Below, piece by piece: positions 50,336-59,775 of a DNA stretch of 64,000 nucleotides. Under the pieces are notes generated by a model that saw nothing but the letters and a program-made list of their open reading frames with translations, was not told the origin of the DNA and ran no database searches. Source of the DNA: Vicinamibacteria bacterium (lineage in GTDB: Bacteria; Acidobacteriota; Vicinamibacteria; Marinacidobacterales; Marinacidobacteraceae); contig OZ241322.1 in NCBI GenBank assembly GCA_965199715.1, positions 480,001 to 544,000 of the forward strand, read 5' to 3'. A program made the position numbers and the translations under genes. The number at the start of each line of letters is the position of its first letter. Position 1 is the stretch's first letter.

Positions 50336-50443
50336 AGTGCGACACAACGCTCGTTGCATGGCGCAAGTGCGAGACAATCCAGTTTGCGTCGCACTTATAC
50401 GCTCAAAACGCAATATAATCGCCGTTGCGTTGCAAGAGTGCGA
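50336..50443 (+). promoter_or_regulatory. Putative promoter/operator region upstream of fic
   Basis: TATAAT at 50414-50419; AGTGCGA at 50336, 50366 and 50437, inverted at 50389-50395. Confidence 0.45.
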
Positions 50444-50467
50444 GATAACGATCAGCCGCGCCCCCTG

Positions 50468-51580
50468 ATGGTGCCGGTCACCTACCAGACGGGCCGGTTC
50501 CCCCCTGACCACCGCCTCGATTGGCCGCGTCTGGTCCCGCTTCTCGGCCCTGCCGTCGCCGCCGTCGCCCGGTATGACGGCATCATCGCGGCCATCCCCA
50601 ATCCGGACGTGTTGCTCGCCCCGCTCGGGCTGCAGGAGGCCGTGCTGTCCTCCCGCATCGAGGGAACGCAGGCGACGCTCGGCGACGTGCTCGAGTACGA
50701 AGCCGGGCACGAGCCGGAATCCCCGACCCGAAAGCTGGACGTACAGGAGGTCCTGAACTACCACCTCGCGATGCAGCGGGCGGTGACCCTGCTGAAGGAC
50801 CTTCCGCTCTCCCAACGCGTCCTTCGCGAGACGCACCGAGTCCTGCTGGACGGAGTGCGCGGCGACGGCAAGGCGCCCGGGGAATACCGAGTCGTTCCGA
50901 ACTGGATCGGCCCACCGGGGCGCTCCATCGAGGAGGCGACGTTCGTGCCGATCGATGCCGGAGCGCTGCCGGACGCGATGAGCGCTTGGGAGGCTTACAT
51001 GCATTCGAACGCTCCCGATCGTTTGGTGCAGATGGCCATCCTGCACGCCGAGTTCGAGGCGCTCCACCCCTTCCTTGACGGCAATGGACGGCTCGGACGG
51101 ATGCTGATTCCCCTGTTCCTGTGGCGGCGCGGACTGATCGGCGCACCCTCGTTCTACATCAGCGCGTGGCTCGAGGCCCGCCGCAACGACTACTACGAGA
51201 GACTGCTGGCGGTGTCGCGAGACGACGACTGGACGGGCTGGTGCGAGTTTTTCCTGGAGGGAGTGCGGGCGCAGGCGGAGGACAACCTGGCTCGGGCCGA
51301 GAGCATCCTCACGCTCTACGAAGGGATGAAGCGCCGCATGGCCGAGCTGACCCGATCGCGCTACGCGATCCACGCGCTTGACTGGATCTTCCGCTACCCC
51401 ATCTTTCGGAGCACCCGCTTCGTCGCCGAAGCCGGCATCCCGTCGCACTCGGCCTGGCGCATCCTGAAGACCCTGCGTTCGGCGGGCGTCGTCCGCACGC
51501 TGGTCGCCGGAAGCGGACGGCGTTCGCCCATCCTGGATTTTCCAGAGCTCAGGCGGATCGCCGAGGGGAACCGACCATGA
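50468..51580 (+). CDS. Fic family protein (N-terminal inhibitory motif, Fic core, C-terminal wHTH-like region)
   Basis: SSRIEGT and intact HPFLDGNGRLGR. Confidence 0.93.
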   Translation: MVPVTYQTGRFPPDHRLDWPRLVPLLGPAVAAVARYDGIIAAIPNPDVLLAPLGLQEAVLSSRIEGTQATLGDVLEYEAGHEPESPTRKLDVQEVLNYHLAMQRAVTLLKDLPLSQRVLRETHRVLLDGVRGDGKAPGEYRVVPNWIGPPGRSIEEATFVPIDAGALPDAMSAWEAYMHSNAPDRLVQMAILHAEFEALHPFLDGNGRLGRMLIPLFLWRRGLIGAPSFYISAWLEARRNDYYERLLAVSRDDDWTGWCEFFLEGVRAQAEDNLARAESILTLYEGMKRRMAELTRSRYAIHALDWIFRYPIFRSTRFVAEAGIPSHSAWRILKTLRSAGVVRTLVAGSGRRSPILDFPELRRIAEGNRP

Positions 51581-52718
51581 GACCCACCGACGCCCACATC
51601 GAGCGCCAGTTGCGGCTGGGAGAGGGACAACCGTTGGGCGTTCCACCGCAGCGCATGCGCCAGCGATCGCCTCGCCGACGAGATCGGCGCGTTCGCCAAT
51701 GAGGACGGCGGCGTACTGCTGTGCGGCGTCACCGACTGCGGCGAGGTCGTCGGAATGTCCCGCGGGCAACTGGATTCCCTCGAGCGTCAAATGGTCGAGA
51801 TCGGCGAGAACTCGATCCGACCGCCGCTCCCGCTCTTCATCACGCGGCGGGAACTCCACCCCGGCAAGGCGTTCCTCGTGGTCGAGGTCCCACGGGGACG
51901 CACGCTCCACGAGAGCCCCGGCGGCGCGTTTCGGCGAACGGGTAGCTCGAAGCGGCGCATGGGCTCGGACGAACGGCTCCGCTTGGCGCAGCGCCGGGCT
52001 AAGGCGCGTTTCGCGTGGTTCGACCGTCAGCCCGTGCCCAGCACGGGGTTCCGCACGCTGGAGGAGGAGCTGTGGCGGCCCCTGATCGGCGATGAGGGAG
52101 CGACGAATCCCGAAGACGCCCTGCGGCAGTTAAACCTGGTGACCGAGGACGAAGCTGGAGCCTCGCGGGCCTCCGTCGCCGGAGTGTTGCTCTGCGCCGA
52201 GAAGCCCCACACATGGCTGACGCAAGCCCGGATCGTCGCCACCTGCTACGAAGGCGGCGATCGCGCCTCGCGCCAGTTGGACGCGTTTGAGATCACCGGC
52301 CCGCTGCCCTGTCAGATCAGTGACGGGATGCACTTCGTGCGCCGCAACGTGCGCATGGACCCGCCGCAGTACAGCCTGCGAGCCGTATTCGAGGCCGTCG
52401 TGAACGCGGTGGCGCACCGGGACTACTCCATCAAGGAGCGCCGCATTCGCCTCTCCATGTTTCGTGATCGTCTGGAGCTCAGTTCTCCGGGCGAAATGCC
52501 CGAACGGCCAGCGACGCGCAACGAGACTCTGACCTCGATCCTCCGTCGCACGGCGGTCGGCAGCGTCCACGGCGCGGGAGAGGCGTTCCTTCATGGGCGT
52601 CAGCGGCGACGGCATTCGCATCATCCAGCGGGAGACCGCCGATCTCTCCGGCCAGGAGGTGCGGTATCGCCTCGTGGACGGCAGGGAACTGCAAGTGACG
52701 CTGCCCGCCTCGACATGA
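51577..52718 (+). pseudogene. AlbA_2/Schlafen + HATPase_c_4 (RecG C-terminal-like) gene, frameshifted
   Basis: ATG 51577; frame change near 51624 (LRLGE/DNRW...AFANEDGGVLLCGVTD); EAVVNAVAHRDYS; second frame change near 52590 restoring GDGIRIIQRE...LPAST*. Confidence 0.8.
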
Positions 52719-52891
52719 CCGCACCCCTCCACTACCGCCCGGGCGCCTTCCCGCCGGATGACCGCATCGACTGGGGGCGCCTCGTTCCGCTGCTCGGCCC
52801 CACCGCCGCAGCCATCGGCCGCTACGACGGCTTCCTGAGTGCCTGTCCGAACCCTGAGGTACTCCGAGAAGCCGTCGCCGAGTCGGAGATC
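52715..52891 (+). pseudogene. Truncated N-terminal fragment of a second Fic gene
   Basis: FPPDDRIDWGRLVPLLGPTAAAIGRYDG aligns with the N-terminus of the 50468 Fic. Confidence 0.8.
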
Positions 52892-53029
52892 CACCGCTTC
52901 GGGACCTGGTACAAGTGCCTTTGGAAGGCGACGCGCACGAAAATCCGTAACGCTGGGGTACCAACCCGCCGACCGATCCACCTTGATCGACCTAATGGAT
53001 CGCAGCGCGTACGACTTGGTACGGGTTGG

Positions 53030-53713
53030 ATGACCGCCGCCACCCAGGCCCGCCCACGAGCATTCGAGGAAGTGGAGCGGCTCCCACGCTGCCCGGACGT
53101 CGTCCACGCCGCACGAAAGCGGGGCGTTCGCGAAGTCGTCCACTTCACGACCATCAGCGGCCTCATCGGGATTCTGGCGAAGGGCGCCGTGCTGAGCCGT
53201 GCACGGCTGGAGGGAGACAAGTACCTTGAGTACGTGTGTCGACCGAACGCACCCGTTCGGAAGGACGAGGCGTGGCTGGACTACGTGAGCCTTTCCGTCA
53301 GTCGCATCAACGACTGGATGTTCGAGCACTCCGAGCGCTGGCAGGTCAAGAATGACAACCCGTGGGTGGTCCTGGCCTTCGATCCGGCGCTCCTCGGCGA
53401 CCCCGGTGTGGTGTTTGCGACCACCAACAACATCTACCCGGCGTGCCGCCGGGCCGAAGGCCTCGTCGGATTCGAGGGCCTGTTCGCGGAGTCGGTCGCC
53501 GGGCGGTACGGAAAACTCCACGACCGCGAGGAGAAGCCCCGAAGCTGGCCGACGGACCGGCAGGCTGAGGTGCTCTATCCGGGTCAGGTATCGTGCCGGT
53601 ATCTCCTCCGCGTTGACGTGCAGCGGGAGGAGACGCTGGATGTCGTTGCTGGTCTCGAGGGCACTCTACGAGTGAGCGTGCCGGTTCGACATACACCGGC
53701 GGTATTCCAATGA
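53030..53713 (+). CDS. darT: DarT-family (DUF4433) DNA ADP-ribosyltransferase
   Basis: VVHFTT...IL..G.VLSR, R...LDYVSLS, VVFATTN, DRQAEVL with catalytic Glu. Confidence 0.82.
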   Translation: MTAATQARPRAFEEVERLPRCPDVVHAARKRGVREVVHFTTISGLIGILAKGAVLSRARLEGDKYLEYVCRPNAPVRKDEAWLDYVSLSVSRINDWMFEHSERWQVKNDNPWVVLAFDPALLGDPGVVFATTNNIYPACRRAEGLVGFEGLFAESVAGRYGKLHDREEKPRSWPTDRQAEVLYPGQVSCRYLLRVDVQREETLDVVAGLEGTLRVSVPVRHTPAVFQ

Positions 53714-55254
53714 CCAGCAAGGGTTTGTTCGTGAGACACAAAGCCCCGACACTTGCTGGACGCGACGTGGGCGGCGTGCTGGGCCGCGTCGAGCGGTCGG
53801 CCCTCTGGGCCGCCTACGGCGACGCCCTCGGTTGGATCAGCGAACTGACGAACGCCGCTGGCCTGCGGAAACGCACCGGCGGAGCGCCGCTCGACGAACC
53901 GATCGCTTGGGAGCGTCACATCGGCGGCCGATCGGGGGTCACCGTTCCCCTTCCCCGAGGCTGCTACTCGGACGACACGCAGTTGCGCCTCGCCACGGGG
54001 CGAGCGATCCGACCCGAGGGTTTCGACGTCGAGGCATTCGCGAAGGTCGAGCTTCCCGTGTGGCTTGGTTACGGACTCGGCGGTGGGAAATCCACAAGCG
54101 CGGCCGCCGCCCAGCTCACGAGACGCAATCCGGCGTGGTGGAGCAACCGCTTCCGGGGATGGACCCGCTCCGGCGGAAACGGCGCGGCCATGCGCATCCA
54201 GCCACACGTGTGGGCGTCACGCTCTCCGGAGGACCCGGAGTCCTATTTGCCGGATGTCGTACGGAATTCAGTGTGCACCCACTCCCATCCCACCGGGCTT
54301 ATGGGAGCCGTCCTGCATTCGCTTTGCGTGGCCTATTCCACAGCGACCGGCGAGGTACCGTCCCCGAAGCAACTACCGACTCTTCGTGAACAGACGGCGC
54401 GGGTGCCGGGACTCGTCGCCCGAGACGACGAACTGCGCTACTGGCGAGCGGCCTTCCAGCAAGAGGAAAGCCGCTTCGACTCGGCGTGGGCGCGAGCGTG
54501 GGACGAGGTTCAGCAGTCCGTCGAACACGTCGCCGCCTGCCGCAACGGCTCGCAGGGCGTGGACGGTTATGAGGCCATCGTGCAGGCTCTGGGACTGCGC
54601 GAACGAGAGCGCCGGGGCAGCGGAATCCTGACGGCGGTGGCCGCGCTCGGTTTGGCATGGTGCGAGGATCGGCCGGCGGAAGCCATGCGGATCGCGGCGA
54701 ACGCGGTCGGCACCGACACCGACACGATCGCGTCCATGGCGGGCGCGATTCTCGGGGCCACGGCGGACGCCGACCCGCCGTTGGAGGTGCTTGACGGCCC
54801 GCTGATCCGTTCCGAGGCGGTCCGTCTGGCAAGGATCGGGGAGGGTGAGAGTCCCGCGAGTCATCCCTACCCCGACCTCCTGCATTGGACGGCCCCCAAG
54901 CACCGAGCCGAGGCGTTGGAGCGGACGAAGGACGGAGGGCTCCGTGTGCTTGGCCTCGGTCCCGCCCGGCGGCTGGAGGGAAACCCGCCCTTCGTCAACG
55001 GCACGTTCCAGTGGCAGTGGATCCGGCTGGACTTCGGGCAGACGCTCCTCATCAAGACCCGTAAGGGGGAGCCCGAGGCCCCCCAAGAGAAGAGGGGCCT
55101 GCAGGAGACGATCGCCTACGTCTCGGAACATATTGACGACGATCGGATCGTCGGACAGGCGCTGCGCAAGGTCGCGCGCAAGGGCACCCACGGCGGGATT
55201 GCGGGCTTCAGCTCGGCGCTGATCGACCTGCTGCGCGCTCACAAACCGGACTGA
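53710..55254 (+). CDS. ADP-ribosylglycohydrolase (ARH/DraG family) with C-terminal extension
   Basis: ATGA overlap with darT; GDALG, SDDTQ, GNGAAMR, THSH, DTDTIASMAGAILGA. Confidence 0.9.
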   Translation: MTSKGLFVRHKAPTLAGRDVGGVLGRVERSALWAAYGDALGWISELTNAAGLRKRTGGAPLDEPIAWERHIGGRSGVTVPLPRGCYSDDTQLRLATGRAIRPEGFDVEAFAKVELPVWLGYGLGGGKSTSAAAAQLTRRNPAWWSNRFRGWTRSGGNGAAMRIQPHVWASRSPEDPESYLPDVVRNSVCTHSHPTGLMGAVLHSLCVAYSTATGEVPSPKQLPTLREQTARVPGLVARDDELRYWRAAFQQEESRFDSAWARAWDEVQQSVEHVAACRNGSQGVDGYEAIVQALGLRERERRGSGILTAVAALGLAWCEDRPAEAMRIAANAVGTDTDTIASMAGAILGATADADPPLEVLDGPLIRSEAVRLARIGEGESPASHPYPDLLHWTAPKHRAEALERTKDGGLRVLGLGPARRLEGNPPFVNGTFQWQWIRLDFGQTLLIKTRKGEPEAPQEKRGLQETIAYVSEHIDDDRIVGQALRKVARKGTHGGIAGFSSALIDLLRAHKPD

Positions 55255-55257
55255 CCC

Positions 55258-55869
55258 ATGAACCTCATCGTCTTCGGAGCCACCGGCAAGACCGGGAAAC
55301 ACGTCCTCAAGGCCGCGCTCGACCGGGGAGCCGAGGTGACCGCGTTCGCCCGCTCGCCGCAGAAGCTTGACGGATTCGAGGGTGTCCGTATCGCGGAAGG
55401 CGACGTGCTGGACCCGGAGTCGGTCGCGGCGGCGATTCCGGGACACGACGCCGTGATCGTCGCGCTCGGGAGCGTCAACCTGAAGGACGCGACGACGCTC
55501 TCCGCCGGAACCCGGAACGTGCTCGCCGCCATGAACCGCCACGGAGTGCGGCGTCTCGTCGCGCTCTCCGCCGTCGGCGTCGCCGAGAGCTGGGGTCAGC
55601 TTCCGCTGCTGCCCAAGCTGCTGTTCCGAACGATGCTGCGGAACGTCCTCGCCGACCACGAGGCGCAGGAGGCGCTCGTCAGGGACAGCTCGCTCGACTG
55701 GACGATCGTCCGCGCCGCCATCCTGAAGGACGGCCCGGCGACCGGCGAGGTCACCGCCTCGAACACCGGCAAGGTGGGCAATATCCAACGCGCCGACGTG
55801 GCCGCGTTCCTCGTCGCCGCGGCAACCGAGGGGACCTACCGGGGACAGACGATCTCGATCACTTCCTGA
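55258..55869 (+). CDS. NAD(P)H-binding atypical SDR (flavin reductase-like)
   Basis: GATGKTG, LDWTIVR, IQRADVA. Confidence 0.9.
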   Translation: MNLIVFGATGKTGKHVLKAALDRGAEVTAFARSPQKLDGFEGVRIAEGDVLDPESVAAAIPGHDAVIVALGSVNLKDATTLSAGTRNVLAAMNRHGVRRLVALSAVGVAESWGQLPLLPKLLFRTMLRNVLADHEAQEALVRDSSLDWTIVRAAILKDGPATGEVTASNTGKVGNIQRADVAAFLVAAATEGTYRGQTISITS

Positions 55870-56779
55870 CGCCGGGAACCCCGATTCGCTCAAGAATCGT
55901 CCGCAGTTCCTCCCGCTCCGAAGCATCGAGGCTGCGGGTGGGGAGCCGGCTCGGACCGCCTGTTCTTCCCGTGAGCTCCAGCGCCGCGTTCACGACCGGG
56001 CTCTCCGCCCCGGTGCGCCGCCACATCCGGATCCGAAAGGCGTACCACGGCCAGTTCACCCGGGTCAGCAGCTCCTGCGCCGCCCGGTACTCGCCCGCCT
56101 CCATCAGCCGAAAGACCTCCAGATCGTGCTCGGGCCAGATCATCGCGAGATGGGTGATGTATCCCCGGCCCCCGAGCATGTGCGTCAGCGCCTGCGCCCC
56201 GAAGTTGTCGATGACCGCGACGCGATCCCGGAAGCGCTCGATCCCGCGCTGGTACTCGAAGGCCCCCCGCGCCGTGGACCACTTGAGCGCAAGGCACCGG
56301 GGCAACGCGACCAGCCGCTCGACGTCGTCGAGCGTCATGTCGTAGCCCTCCCAGTGCGTGTTGTAGATCATGATCCCGAGAGTGCTCGTGGCCTCATGCA
56401 CCGCCTCGAACACTCGAAAGAGATCATCGGGCGACGGTTCGTAGTAGTAGCCGGGAGCGAGCTGGACGCCCCACGCGCCGATCTCCTCGGCGAAGCGCGC
56501 CATCTCGACCGAGACGCTCGGGTTCGTGTCCTGCGCGCCGACCACCACCGGGACGCGCCCGTCCGCCGCCCGGACGACGGTCTCACTGACCGCTTTCCGC
56601 TCGTCGAGCGAGAGCATCGGGAAGTCGCCTCCGGCGCCGGCGGCGAGCAGCGCCCCGCTTCCCGAGACGATTCCCCGGTCCACGACGTACCGCACGTTCT
56701 CGCGGATCGCGTCGTGGTCCACGCTCAGGTCGTCATGGTAGTGGGTGATGACCGGAATCAGGGGGCCGCAGATCGCCAT
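55859..56779 (-). CDS. DapA/NanA-family class I aldolase
   Basis: GDFPMLSLDERK, GRVPVVVG, IMIYN, Schiff-base Lys in ALKWS. Confidence 0.85.
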   Translation of the reverse strand: MAICGPLIPVITHYHDDLSVDHDAIRENVRYVVDRGIVSGSGALLAAGAGGDFPMLSLDERKAVSETVVRAADGRVPVVVGAQDTNPSVSVEMARFAEEIGAWGVQLAPGYYYEPSPDDLFRVFEAVHEATSTLGIMIYNTHWEGYDMTLDDVERLVALPRCLALKWSTARGAFEYQRGIERFRDRVAVIDNFGAQALTHMLGGRGYITHLAMIWPEHDLEVFRLMEAGEYRAAQELLTRVNWPWYAFRIRMWRRTGAESPVVNAALELTGRTGGPSRLPTRSLDASEREELRTILERIGVPGVRK

Positions 56780-56801
56780 CCCTGTGTTATACCCGAACCC
56801 C

Positions 56802-58283
56802 GTGGCGGCGGTTGACTGGATCGTTCTGGCGGTTTACGCCGGACTGACGCTCTGGCTCGGCTGGTTCTACGGGCGGCGGCAGACCTCGACCCGCGAGTAT
56901 TTCGTCGGGGGCGGGCGCCTCAACCCGCTCGCGGTCGGCGTCTCGCTCTTCGCGACGCTCGTGAGCACGGTCTCGTACCTCTCGGTGCCGGGCGAAATCA
57001 TCGCGAAGGGGCCAGTCACCCTCGCGCAGCTCGTCACGCTTCCCGTGGTGTACGTGGTCGTCGCCTACTGGCTGCTTCCGGCGTTCATGGGGCGCCGGGT
57101 CACGAGCGCCTACGAGCTCCTCGAGGTTCGTCTCGGCGCGGGGGCCCGCCTGCTCGGCGCGTCCATGTTCATCATCCTTAGGGTGGGATGGATGTCGCTC
57201 GTCGTGTACGCGGCGGCGGTGGCCCTGACGGTGATGATCGGCGCCGGCCCCGAAGCGGTGCCGGCGATCGTGCTCGTGACCGCGGCCGTCGCGGTCGCCT
57301 ATACGTCGCTCGGCGGACTTCGCGCCGTCGTCGTGACCGACTGCATCCAGTCCACGTTGCTTCTCAGCGGGGCCCTCGTCGTCATCGGCGTCGTAACCGT
57401 GGAAATGGGCGGTTTCGGGTGGTTCCCGACGACGTGGCAGGCGAACTGGGACACGCAGCCGCTCTTCAGTTGGAATCCGGCGACCCGCGTCACCGCCTTC
57501 GGCGCGGTGATTTCGACGCTCACGTGGTACGCGGCGACCGCCGGAGGCGATCAGGTGGCCATCCAGCGGTTCATGGCGACGACCGACCTGAAGGCCGCCC
57601 GACGCGCCTACGCGACGCAGCTCATCGCCATCACGGTCGTGACGGTGGCGCTCGCGCTCGTCGGGCTCGCGCTCCTCGGCTACTTCGAGGCGTTTCCCGG
57701 GGAGCTGGGCGCGGGCCTTTCGCTCAGTGACGACGGGGACCACGTGTTCCCGTACTTCATCGCCCAACGGCTACCGACCGGGATCGCCGGGCTGGTGGTC
57801 GCCGCCATGTTCGCCGCCGCCATGTCCAGCGTGGACTCGGGGGTGAACTCGATTTCCGCCGTGGTCTTGACCGACTTCGCGCCACGGCTCGGCAAGGGCG
57901 GCGGAGATGACGCGACCAGGCTGCGGCTGGCGCGCTGGATCGCGGTGGGAACCGGCGGCCTCATCGTTCTCGGCAGTTTCCTGATGGCCATCGTCCCCGG
58001 CAACATCACCGAGACGACCTCGAAGACCTCGAACCTGCTCACGACTCCCATCTTCGGGCTCTTCATCTTCGCGATGTTCGTGCGCCGCGTGCGCCCCGTC
58101 GGCGCCTTCGTCGGCACGGCGGCCGGCATCGTCGCGGCTGCGCTCGTCGCGTTCTCGGGTCCGATCTTCGGGTTCGATCCGGTCACCGGAGGCGACCCGG
58201 TGAGTTTCCAGTGGATCGCCCCGATTTCGTTACTGGTCCAGATCGCCGTGGGCTTCCTCGTGAGCCGGCTGTTCGAACGATGA
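56802..58283 (+). CDS. Sodium:solute symporter
   Basis: EYFVGGG, SAYELLEVR, GGLRAVVVTD, DQVAIQR, AAAMSSVDSG. Confidence 0.92.
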   Translation: MAAVDWIVLAVYAGLTLWLGWFYGRRQTSTREYFVGGGRLNPLAVGVSLFATLVSTVSYLSVPGEIIAKGPVTLAQLVTLPVVYVVVAYWLLPAFMGRRVTSAYELLEVRLGAGARLLGASMFIILRVGWMSLVVYAAAVALTVMIGAGPEAVPAIVLVTAAVAVAYTSLGGLRAVVVTDCIQSTLLLSGALVVIGVVTVEMGGFGWFPTTWQANWDTQPLFSWNPATRVTAFGAVISTLTWYAATAGGDQVAIQRFMATTDLKAARRAYATQLIAITVVTVALALVGLALLGYFEAFPGELGAGLSLSDDGDHVFPYFIAQRLPTGIAGLVVAAMFAAAMSSVDSGVNSISAVVLTDFAPRLGKGGGDDATRLRLARWIAVGTGGLIVLGSFLMAIVPGNITETTSKTSNLLTTPIFGLFIFAMFVRRVRPVGAFVGTAAGIVAAALVAFSGPIFGFDPVTGGDPVSFQWIAPISLLVQIAVGFLVSRLFER

Positions 58284-58618
58284 TCCGCACCCTCGCCGCC
58301 GCGCTGCTGCTCGGCTTCCAGCTCTTCATGATCGGGTACGCCCGTTTCGTGCCGTCGCGCTACTTCTGCTGGGCGCCGATGGACTCGCAGAACCTGTATT
58401 CGATCGCGGTCGAGATCGACGGGCACAGCCTCGGCCCGGACGAAATCGAGGCGCGGTACCGCCAGCCGGCCACCGGCGGGAACTGGCAGGCCATCCAGCA
58501 CGCGCTCGACAAGGTGCAGCAGTACGAGGAGACCTACGGAAAGGACGACGACGCCCGTGTCACCGTCACGTTCACCGTGAACGGCGGCCCCGAGGAGACG
58601 TGGTCGTGGCCGCCGTGA
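58280..58618 (+). CDS. Small membrane-anchored hypothetical protein
   Basis: ATGA and GTGA overlaps at both ends; N-terminal TM helix; RYFCWAP. Confidence 0.7.
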   Translation: MIRTLAAALLLGFQLFMIGYARFVPSRYFCWAPMDSQNLYSIAVEIDGHSLGPDEIEARYRQPATGGNWQAIQHALDKVQQYEETYGKDDDARVTVTFTVNGGPEETWSWPP

Positions 58619-59775
58619 CCGCCTCGTGGAACCCGTTCCGCTGCGGCGGCACTCCACTCCCGACGCCGCTCCTGCTCGCGGCCAAGCTGCTGGTCGTCAC
58701 GCTGCTCGCGACCGGGCACGTCGCCACGCTCCCCGATCCCTTCCTGCCCTTCCTCCGCGTGTTCGACCGGATCGGGCACCCCGAAGCGTTCCGGCTCGGG
58801 CTCCAAATCCTGTTCGTCGCCGGCTCGATCGCCGTGCTCTTCAATCGCCGGGTCCGGCTCGCCTCGCTCACGGTGGGCCTGACGATCCTCGTGGGCATCG
58901 CGTCCTCAAGGATCTACTGGGCCAACAACACCTTCTTCGCCGGCGCGGCGCTGACTCTGATCGGACTCCACGCGTCGGGGCGGTCGGTCTGGCTGCTGCG
59001 GGCGCAGGTCGCGCTCATCTACTTCGGGGCCGGGTTCAACAAGATCCTCGATCCCGACTGGCTCTCGGGACAGTTCTTCGAGCACTGGACCGAGAATCTC
59101 GGCCACGACCTCTACATCCGGGCGGCGGCGCTGCTCCCGCCGATGGCGCTCTCAAGGTTCATGTGCTGGGCGACCATCGCCACCGAGCTGAGCCTCTTCA
59201 TCGGGTTCGCGACGCCGCGGCTCCACCCGTATGCGATCTGGCTCGGCGTGCTCTTCCACGCGGCGATGACGCTGTTCACCGGCATCACGTTCGTGCTGTT
59301 CCTGTACGTGGCCCCCATCGCGTATCTGGCGTTCGCCCGGTGGCCGCGCCAGACGACCGAGGTCCTTTACGACGGCGACTGCGGAATCTGCGCGAGGACG
59401 AGGCGCTGGTTCGAGGCGCGGGATTTCGAGGGCGCGTTCCGCTGGACGACGTTCCAGAGCGGAGCCGGCGACCGGTTCGGCATCACACGGGAGGCGCTGC
59501 GGCGGCGGCTCCACATCGTCGTGGACGGAACGCGCATCCACGAAGGCTTCCGGGCGTTCAAGCTGATGCTGCTCTACAACCCGGTCACCTACTTCGTGAT
59601 GCTCGGGGCGTTGCTCGTCCTGCACGACGGACCGGCGGGGATGCGCAGCCTGCTGCTCGTCCTGATGATCGGGTTCTTCTTCCCGCTCTTCGACCCGATC
59701 GGGCAGTGGTTCTACGACCTCGTGGCGCGCAACCGGGGACGGCTCGGCTCGGAGCCGTCCTGCCCGGTGGACTGA
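58615..59775 (+). CDS. HTTM-like membrane domain fused to a DCC (DUF393) domain
   Basis: QVALIYFGAGFNK..DPDWLSG, GVLFH; LYDGDCGIC...YDLVARNR. Confidence 0.75.
   Translation: MTASWNPFRCGGTPLPTPLLLAAKLLVVTLLATGHVATLPDPFLPFLRVFDRIGHPEAFRLGLQILFVAGSIAVLFNRRVRLASLTVGLTILVGIASSRIYWANNTFFAGAALTLIGLHASGRSVWLLRAQVALIYFGAGFNKILDPDWLSGQFFEHWTENLGHDLYIRAAALLPPMALSRFMCWATIATELSLFIGFATPRLHPYAIWLGVLFHAAMTLFTGITFVLFLYVAPIAYLAFARWPRQTTEVLYDGDCGICARTRRWFEARDFEGAFRWTTFQSGAGDRFGITREALRRRLHIVVDGTRIHEGFRAFKLMLLYNPVTYFVMLGALLVLHDGPAGMRSLLLVLMIGFFFPLFDPIGQWFYDLVARNRGRLGSEPSCPVD

Noticed and set aside
51755-53713. 652-aa AlbA_2-Fic-DarT fusion protein
   Set aside because: Produced by a frameshift near 52590 that bypasses the natural stop at 52718; it is a mosaic of a pseudogene, a Fic stub and darT
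48700-55300. Prophage, IS or integrative element
   Set aside because: No integrase, transposase, tRNA target or flanking direct repeats were visible
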